NCBI GenBank assembly: GCA_964016885.1 | Contig: OZ024740.1 | Span: 332,258,001-332,322,000 of the forward strand | Direction of reading: 5' to 3' | DNA from: Eledone cirrhosa | Taxonomy: Eukaryota | DNA: 64,000 nt | In this document: piece after piece, positions 55,235 through 64,000 of the stretch | Position numbering within the stretch: position 1 is the stretch's first letter | How the letters are laid out: the number at the start of each line of letters is the position of its first letter | The notes under the pieces: generated by a model | What the model was told of the DNA's origin: nothing | Seen by the model: only the letters and a program-made list of their open reading frames with translations | The model's database searches: none | Translations under genes and position numbers: made by a program

Positions 55235-55524
55235 ATATATATACATACATATATATATATGTATATATATATATATACATACATACATACACATACATAC
55301 GCACACGCACAGGTGTATATATATATATAAGAAAACTGGAAAACGGGTTATAGAAATAAACGAGAATGATGAGACGAATTATATTATTCTACTACAGAAT
55401 TAATATGCTGTGTGTGTGTGTGTAGAAAATGATGTGATGTTTGAAGGCCATGACAATGCGAAATGACGAACAAGAGCATGTGGATAGAATATCTCAGAAA
55501 AGAATTGCTGGAAAGATGTATCCG

Positions 55525-55632
55525 AAAGAAGAAGAAGAAGAAGAAGAAGAAGAAGAAGAAGAAGAAGAAGAAGAAGAAGAAGAAGAAGAAGAAGAAGAAG
55601 AAGAAGAAGAAGAAGAAGAAGAAGAAGAAGAA
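55525..55632 (+). repeat. (GAA)n microsatellite
   Basis: Pure tract of about 36 units. Confidence 0.95.
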
Positions 55633-55787
55633 TGAGTGAGAGGTTTCACAATTATAGTTTATGAGTGATAGGAAACTCTAGAATATCTGTATTAAATAAA
55701 GGAAAATAAAGTCACTTTACACCCAACTTGAAATAGAACTCATTTGACATAAATTGTTCTGTACCATATATATATATATGTATGTAC

Positions 55788-55850
<63 letters not shown>

Positions 55851-55856
<6 letters not shown>

Positions 55857-56300
55857 TAACAGATTAAAGTTTAAGCAAAGAATCGCTGCTTTCACCATTA
55901 AAGGGATCTTCTGAAACTAAAAAAAGTCAATCTGTGAACGCAGAAGTAAATATTTCAAAAAACGTTGCAACCGAAGGAAGACAGGAAGACGATACTTTGG
56001 TTCGTGGAAATGTTCCCTGGCACAGAACGAAAAAAAACGAACATAATGTCATTATTTGGTGCGGTGAAAACAACTACACGCAAAGACAAAACCACGTTTA
56101 TGGTATAAATGAAGTCATAGACTAATATTCTATTAGGTGGTTCTATTGGGTGGTTCTATATGGTGGAGACGTTCTCTGGCAATGAACGGACAAAACGAAG
56201 ATAATACGTCATTATTTGCTCTACGGTTCTTATATATCTGATATATATTTATCCTTATCGAGCCCTCTTTGGATTTTAGTCCTCCATTTTATTATTGTTA
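55851..56300. repeat. (TA)n-flanked dispersed repeat, copy 2 (longer)
   Basis: Both ends align with 141-455; has about 190 bp of middle sequence lacking in copy 1. Confidence 0.8.
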
Positions 56301-56571
56301 CTATATATATATATATTAGAAAAACCTTTTTTTTCCACATCGCCACTCGGAAGAGCACATCGACAGAGAAGTTAGGTCCATAAATCCTATGGGCAACCTT
56401 GAGCCAATCTTCTGCGAAACGCGCATAACAAGTCTATATACAATGAATAGAATATACATGTAAACCAAACTTCCTCGTTTTTTTTTATATATACACTCTG
56501 CCTGTGCATAGTGTGCTTACTTTGGTATCAACTCCAGTAATTCACTGAATCCCCCCCCCACACATACACAC

Positions 56572-56650
<79 letters not shown>

Positions 56651-56990
56651 CATACCATACATATATGCATGCATGTCTTTCTATGTATGTACGTATGTGT
56701 GTGTCTATGTTTGTACATCGGAACGGTTTAAGATTGACTGTATGTCTTATGATAATATATATATTTACATAAATATCTATGTAAGCATTCTTTATGGCTG
56801 TTTATATTTCTGTAAGCCTTCTTAATCTGAATCGGTGTTTTAATCTTGGTAATATCTTGTATTGAGACACATCTATAGAGACAGTATTATTATATTATCT
56901 TATTTAAATGGAAAGTTGTTTAAATGGAAAGTTGTTACTGTTAGCATTAACTGGGATTATTGATGAAAAGTATTGATTAAAAAAACTTAC

Positions 56991-57187
56991 TTGTTTAAGA
57001 ATAATCTCATATCCTCCAGGTGACGAAAGATCAAGTATAATACACTTATAAAATTCCATTACGGAACGGTCAAGCATTCGGAGATCATCATGTGCTTGGG
57101 ATACGTCTTCGAGTCGATGCATGAATATGGACACATTATAATGTTGTTGTGTAAACGTGCTCAATATTTGTTCGATTCGCATAAGTC
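56991..57187 (-). CDS. Internal exon of an ionotropic glutamate receptor (AMPA/kainate-like), amino-terminal domain
   Basis: Minus strand: polypyrimidine tract ttgtttcttttttctttttatacatccaatAG|GA..., donor ...AAACAA|GTAAGT. 197 bp, phase 1 to phase 0. Encodes (G)LMRIEQILSTFTQQHYNVSIFMHRLEDVSQAHDDLRMLDRSVMEFYKCIILDLSSPGGYEIILKQ, resembling the iGluR ATD pattern GL.RLQ.....IILD.....ILKQ. Confidence 0.85.
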
Positions 57188-58397
57188 CTATTGGATGTAT
57201 AAAAAGAAAAAAGAAACAATTAAATGGGTAAATATTTCTACCTGCGAAATAAGAGAACATTCTATCATATTCAATATAAACTCAATAGAGTACAAATACA
57301 TAAATATAATATAAGAACGATTTTCTGCAAGTCAACAAAAACTGACATTTCTTTACTAATTCGCAATTATATCAATGCGAATATCTCATATATTTAGTGA
57401 AAACCTATATTTGTTTGGGATATAATGAAAATAAAATTAATAGTATGTTTTGTAGAAATTTGCAAGTTTTTCTTTTATTTACTTTCGCATTTTATTAGTA
57501 AAATCATTCACGTCATACCTGGTCATCTATCAATCTAATACTGCTGAAAGCGGAAATCGAAATTAATGGAATTCTTTGATATTTGAAAAAGAAAATACAA
57601 AGTAGAAAAACATACAAATAGAAACAACATAATGCGTCTCTTTTTTTTTTATTTCAGCAGAAGAAACTTCCTGAATTTGTTTAAATATTTTCAGATATTT
57701 GGGTCAATGTCTCGATTGAACAAACCAGATAGAAGATTTTTATTTTAATAATATCTTCAAACTACAAATATGGAGACATCTTTGCACATATCAGTAAATG
57801 CTGACTCTTAACTGTGCAATATCTCATTCACGAGTGTCAATGTGATGTATAACGCATGTGTAAATATCCATCATGATAATATGATTCCTATATTCAGAAA
57901 AAAAGAAGCAAAAATACTAAAACGAAGAGTACACACGAACAAAACACATTTATAGCAAGAGAGAACACAATAAGCAAAACATGTAGCTATGCCGTAGATA
58001 CTTAAAAAATAGTTATTATTAGAGAAATTCGTGAGGATAGTGGTTCCTGAACTGAAATCAGAAGAGAGAATAGGCACAAAGCGAATAGAATGGAACTGGT
58101 AGTTTACGAAAGACAAAAAAAGGGTAGTATTCTAGGAAAGAGTGACGTGAGGGTGAAGGATACAAGCGAGAGAATTGGTAAAAAGAGTGGGACGGGACAT
58201 AGGCATAGATTGAACTAGAAAAGGACGAGAAAAGTTAAAGAGGGAGAGTGAGAGAGAGAAATAGAGAGAGGGGGAAGTGATGGAAATTGAGAGGAATAAA
58301 CAGAGAGAGAGGGGGGAAATAGAGGTTAGGATAAAATAGAAAAAAAAAGAAAGAGAGAATCAAGTTCGCGTCACAATGAAGACATTTCTATATTAAA

Positions 58398-58580
58398 TAA
58401 TTGTTTCTACTTTAGGCACAAGGCCAGCAATTACCCAGTGCCTTACTGGTACTTTATTTTATCGACCCCGTAAGGATGAAAGGCAAATGCAACCTCGGCG
58501 GGATTTGAACTCAGATCGTAAAGGGACGTAACTATGCTGGAAAGCATGGCGTCCGACCCTCTACCGATACTGCCAATCCA
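58398..58580 (-). mobile_element. Young Meta-type SINE
   Basis: Reverse complement differs from 29726-29912 at about 6 positions by eye. Confidence 0.9.
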
Positions 58581-60029
58581 AATAATGATATATATATATA
58601 TATATAATGTGGGAGTGGGCATGAAACAAGATGTCGGTAAGTTTTCATCAGAAATATAACTTAACATGGATAATTTGTTTTTTCCAAATATCACGGATCC
58701 AATAATTCTATTCTATAATGAGAATAACTTAATTCTATCTGATAGATATGAACTTGTATTAAATGATAATCATTGGTGTTTTATAATAGACAGTTTATAT
58801 TCCCGGTTATAGTCTACCGTAAGAACAGTACATTATTGTGAAACAATACCAAATGGGACTGCCAGAACGGTAACGGTATGTGAAGAATGCGATCTCGAAT
58901 CTCGTTCCAAAATTAAAATGAGACAAAACATTTTAAAACAAATTTTGCATATATTCAGAACGTCTACAAAATGTTACTTGTTACTTATAATGCAAAATTC
59001 AGTTATTATGTCATATATCTCTGAAAAATCTTAATAATCTTCAGACATAGCAAAGATGTAGATCTGCGCAGAACCTTCTCTAAATGAATGGCAACAAACC
59101 AGTGAACCTTTGTTCCACTATGCTTGATTGGTACCACGTTTTCAATCTTTGCTGCAAAGAAAATGAAAGTTCAGTCATTAGCAAACAAACTGGCAGCAAA
59201 AGTATTAACCATACGATGACCTATACAGGTTCGGGAAAAATTTGGATCTTTGTAGACTTGCGGACGGTATGTCAATCGTGTTGAAAACGTTAGTATTTAC
59301 TGTTTTCTAAATGTAAACTTCCTAGTGCAAAGAGTCAGAATTTGACATTTCCTCCATATATTGGTTTCTGATTGATGAACATGGTACAGAGCTTGTTGAA
59401 CATGATTTAAGTTAATATTGAACGTTGGTTTAACGTGAAAATGATCTGATCGAAAAAGATGTAATAAGTGTTTCAGCGTTAATAATCTTCAATTAAATTG
59501 TTCAGGGCGGTTGACCCGTAAATTTGCTTGTCGGATTAGAATTTACTGTCTCGGCGATTTCATTTATTTTGGACAACATATATACCGACGGCACAATGCA
59601 ATTTAAAATTACATCGATTGACATTATCGTATAGTAAGGTAAGGGTTGCACGTTGGAGTTTACCATCAAGGAGCCAAGAAATTTTAATTTTCTGGAAGGC
59701 AAATTTAGTACCACAGTTTTCTACAAAGGCAGTTGCCACGGCCACTTTATTGAGGCTAACGCCCTGGAATAACATAATTTCGAGAAATAACCCGGAATAT
59801 TCTTTTGGATATTATTTTATTACTCTCCATGAGTGAGAAGAGATATATTCCTTTCTATCTCATTTTCAAGTGCGTTGTAGTGTTTTCAGATTCATCTAAC
59901 TAATGAGGTTGATTTTAACAGTATGCAGTTTATTAATGTTATTTTCATACTTTAAAAAATATATTATTACCATCATCATTGACATCATAATCACCACAAC
60001 CTTCGCTAATAACATCAATTCCCCATAAG

Positions 60030-61860
60030 CATGTTAGGAAGGCGCCCAAAGCGCTATCTCGGGGGGTCGAAAGTTCACCTCAGAAACTTTTGCTCGCAGA
60101 AGACAACAAAGGAGAAGGCAATCCTCCTTCCGACACCTGGTCCGCTGCTACCAGGAGCAGGGCAGGCAACAGCGACGTCAGGCGCTTCCACGGTTAGTAG
60201 GAGGGCAACGTTCGTGGCACCCAAGGCTACGGACAACTAAAACAGCGGCAGCAATGGCGGGAACAACAACAGTCACAGTAGTTACACCGGCGGCAAAATT
60301 GCCGGAGTGGGCTCCACTACCACCACCAACGGCCGTGTAGCTCACGCCCCTCACAGACCTTAGGGAATCCGACATGGAGTGTGAGGCGGGGGTGAAGTGG
60401 CAAAAGATCTGCCACAAAAAGAAACCGAAAAATCCTTGAGCTTCACCCTCCAAAAGCGACGGCAAACAAAGAGGGGTAAAGCCTGCAAGGTGACTTGCAG
60501 CAACACCACCACTAGGAACAAGCATCACCACCAGCTACAACCACGCCTCCACCAGCATCACCACAAACACAAACATCACACACACAACAAGGCCCACACG
60601 CCCAACAGCAGCAACAAGAAAACAGCAACAACCACACCCACCTAGCCCCCCAAAATACACAGCCATAAACATTGCAAATAAAAAAAAACATGGAACATAT
60701 AAGGCGGCACACATATATTACACACAAAAATTACTACACCCCATCTAAGAAGCAGGGCCGCCTGCTTAATGACCTCAGGTCACTAAACATAGATGTGGTG
60801 GCCATCAGTGAGACCAGAATTTCCGAAGCACGAGCCTTCGCACCGACCTTCCATCCGTCCATGAGCAGGGGGAGGCGGTAGTTACTGTGCCTTTTCGGAG
60901 AGGCTTGGATCTCGCCATTCGGGCCATTTTCCTGGAAAGGTAAGTCGGTGGTGCTGGACGTGACGGGCAGCGAAGGCAATTCTTTCATGCTAGTAGCCGT
61001 CTACGGCTCAACAAGGGCAGGACGGCCAGAATTCTTCAGATGTCTAGAGACCGTTCTGGGAACGTCCCACTCTTTAGTGTTAGTGGGCAACTGGAACAGT
61101 ATCTTAGATGCACGCTGGGATTATGTGGCGCTAGTTGATAGAGGAGGAGGGTATAAAAGCCTCACCAGCCTGCTCAGACGTTTTCAACTGTCTGACAAGT
61201 ATTCACTGGATTATCTGAATGTGGGGAATGTAGGGAAACAGATAAGGAAAGTGTAGGTTGTCCACAATTTAAAGCAGTCGATTACATGGACCACACATTT
61301 GTGATCTGTGACGTCGACTTAGATAGACTTCATCGGCAAGGACCCAGTTACTGGACGCTGAACGCTTCGTTCCCGCTGCGCAAATTTGTTAAACGTGCAT
61401 TGACGGGTGCGATCGTCAATAACAAGTAGTGGTTCACTCTGAAAAGTGTAATTAGAGCAGAATCGATAAGAGTTAGTAAATGAGTATCCATAGAGGAAAA
61501 TAGGGTAGAGAGAGAGCTAGTTTGGAAGCTAGAAGAGGCGTTTAGGACAGGCATTGCACCCGACATGCTTGCGGCGAGATTGGCACTCAACCAATTCTTC
61601 AACGCAAAGCATGAATGTTACGTTGTCAGTGCCAGAGCACATTTCGGCGACCTCTAGGCAGACGTCTACTGCAACTGGCAGCAGAACGGGAGCATTCCCA
61701 GTTTTGTGAGCCGATGAGCAGTGGTGCCGCTGAGAAAAGATCCGAACAAGAACGACGTTATAGACAACTTCAGGCCCATAACTCTGTTGAACGCAGGGTT
61801 CAAGATTTTGGCCGAGGTATTAGCAACGAGATTGGCGCCTATCGTCGGTATCTGGTTGGA
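60030..61860 (+). mobile_element. Internally deleted Tx1 copy (ORF1 end, APE, start of RT)
   Basis: LTDLRESDMECEAGVKWQK, LLNDLRSLNIDVVAISETR, LVAVYG, NFRPITLLNAGFKILAEVLA; homologous to 7650-9810 with deletions. Confidence 0.85.
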
Positions 61861-62749
61861 GAGTTGCTCCACCGGGTTTCAAAATCCCTACTAACGTTTA
61901 AAGCGTAGGACTATGATTTAGGTTGAAATATTTAAAATAGTTCGTAGTTTTCTTTTATAAAACTTAACATTCAAGATCGAATGCCTGTCGCTTAGTATAT
62001 GTCAATTGCTACGTACGTTGATTTCATTTTCCGTTTTTAGTTTCAGAAATCCTCTCGTTAACATTTACAATATGTTAGCAATTCCTTAGTTAGGAAGGAA
62101 GTCAAACACGCTGGCTAATTATGTTCAGTGTAAGATGAATTGAGCAAAATATCGTTGAAGATAAAGAGTGACAAGTTCAATGAACGAAACTAAGTTAAAG
62201 AATGATACGAAGCCAAGAAATGAGACATTTTAATAGAAAAGCGAAAATCTGGCAGATAACCAAAATCGACACCAGACTATGGAGTTTTTATATTATGACT
62301 TACAAGAAATATACCATGAAATATACCTTCAGTGTGAGGCATACAAATGAGATTTTGGATGGAAACATGACAGAATCTGATGATTTATATTCTGAAGCAT
62401 GTTAAATGATACACTAATACCAATCGACATAAATATTACTAACGTTAATCAAATATAACCTAATAGAATGTTATTAACCGATATATCTATATATATATTT
62501 ATCACTTCACCTCTCTCTTGGCATTGGAATTATTTTTCTATTCATTTGAATAGGAATAACCTTCGCATACGAATAATGCAATTAAACAATGTAACTCTAG
62601 GACAATGCTATAGTTACGAGATAGTCGAGCTGTTTATGAATGATTATTAATTTGTGTAGACGGCAATGAACAAACATATATAGATTTTAAGAAATTCAAA
62701 ATAGGATTGCGACTTCAATACAAAATAAACTTTTCTTCAGTGTGCGTTA

Positions 62750-62811
<62 letters not shown>

Positions 62812-62859
62812 ACACACACAAACACACACACACACACACACACACATACACACACACAG

Positions 62860-63095
62860 ATATTCTCTTTCTAGGGCGGGTAAAATTCCCGAGATCCATG
62901 CACGAGTTCTCTCCAGCGGTCCCTAATTATCGCTGCCATGTCCTGCATCACCAACAGACCAGTGTCTCTCCTTAGGGTATCAACATACGTTAACCTTGGT
63001 CTTCATCTTCCAGTGTGTCCATGAACATTAATCAGTATACACTGAGGATGAAAACCTCAGAGCTGTATGGGAGCCTCCCAAAAGTCAACACACCT
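62860..63095 (-). mobile_element. RTE-clade LINE 3' fragment
   Basis: Minus: HGHTGR*RPRLTYVDTLRRDTG..DMAAIIRDRWRE, like the RTE C-terminal GRP..TY.D.L..DTG..DR..WR. Abuts (TG)n. Confidence 0.65.
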
Positions 63096-63504
63096 ATATA
63101 TATGTATGTTAATATATTATAGGGTATATTTAATCCTATGTGAGGGCATGAATCAACCAAGAAACAAATATATTTCTTATTTATAGTATAACGACAATCT
63201 TTAGCAATTAACTTTGACAAATAACAAATAATAATGAAAGAATCTTTCTAATTATTGATGAAACCTGAACCAGAATTTACGACTACACTTTGGAAGAGAT
63301 GTGAAAGTGAGACGTGTTTTATAATTTCTGGGGAAAGTAATGATATTTCAAGTTTATAAACAATATGAAATTTATAGTTATCGTTCTCAAAAAATTTAAA
63401 TACAAAATTTGTCAGAACATTCTTCATGACTGTTAATTACTATTTTTTTACTGCTTTCAATCATTGGAATATAGCCAAATTGTGGTCCAGATTTCATTTA
63501 ATAT

Positions 63505-63676
<172 letters not shown>

Positions 63677-64000
63677 ATAGCTCATAGTCGTTCGATTAAA
63701 TATCTTTCAAGGAAATATGATTACATAACTTTAAAAATATGCTAGATATATTAGAAAAATATCTCTTATAATATATCTTTCTTTATAGAATGAGAGAGGA
63801 AAACACTCGATAGTGTACTCCTTGTTACCATATAACTAAACACAGATGGGTTGCAGCTTTGCTTATTTTAAATTTATGATATATGTGCTTATGATTAGTG
63901 TTTAAAGAACAAAATGGTAATTCTATATACACTTGTAGAATAAAGGAAGTCTTGTTTCTTACTTCCAATTTGATAATTCAGATGGATAACGGTATACGCA

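Noticed and set aside
55441-55635. Poly-Glu ORF
   Set aside because: (GAA)n microsatellite with no splice or homology support.
56340-56430. Possible hammerhead (cggaagagca..tgcgaaacgcgca)
   Set aside because: U4 and U16.1 are both wrong and there is no stem I.
59500-59840. Short ORFs, FQGVSLNKVAV resembling a Pif1/Helitron motif
   Set aside because: One weak motif, no other helicase motifs, no splice support.

Overview
AT-rich, microsatellite-dense animal DNA. The SINE families and repeat style suggest a coleoid cephalopod (Octopus-like); this is inference. The only host-gene signal is two minus-strand exons (57187-56991 and 33344-33291) with canonical splice sites and compatible phases. 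They encode consecutive parts of the amino-terminal domain of an AMPA/kainate-type ionotropic glutamate receptor, so most of the window is probably intron. The rest is mobile DNA: five Tx1/L1-clade LINE copies or fragments, three kinds of Penelope-like (GIY-YIG) remnants, CRE and RTE fragments, tRNA-derived SINEs, a local tandem duplication, two kb-scale palindromes and many small fold-backs next to (TA)n tracts. The most notable feature is a non-coding 422-bp tandem/inverted array (49320-50968) carrying minimal type I hammerhead ribozymes, i.e. a retrozyme-like element. Its two antisense-to-host ribozyme cores are intact; the copy in host-sense orientation has two core mutations. Most ORFs in the track are microsatellite artefacts. 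Boundaries of degenerate elements are approximate (read by eye).
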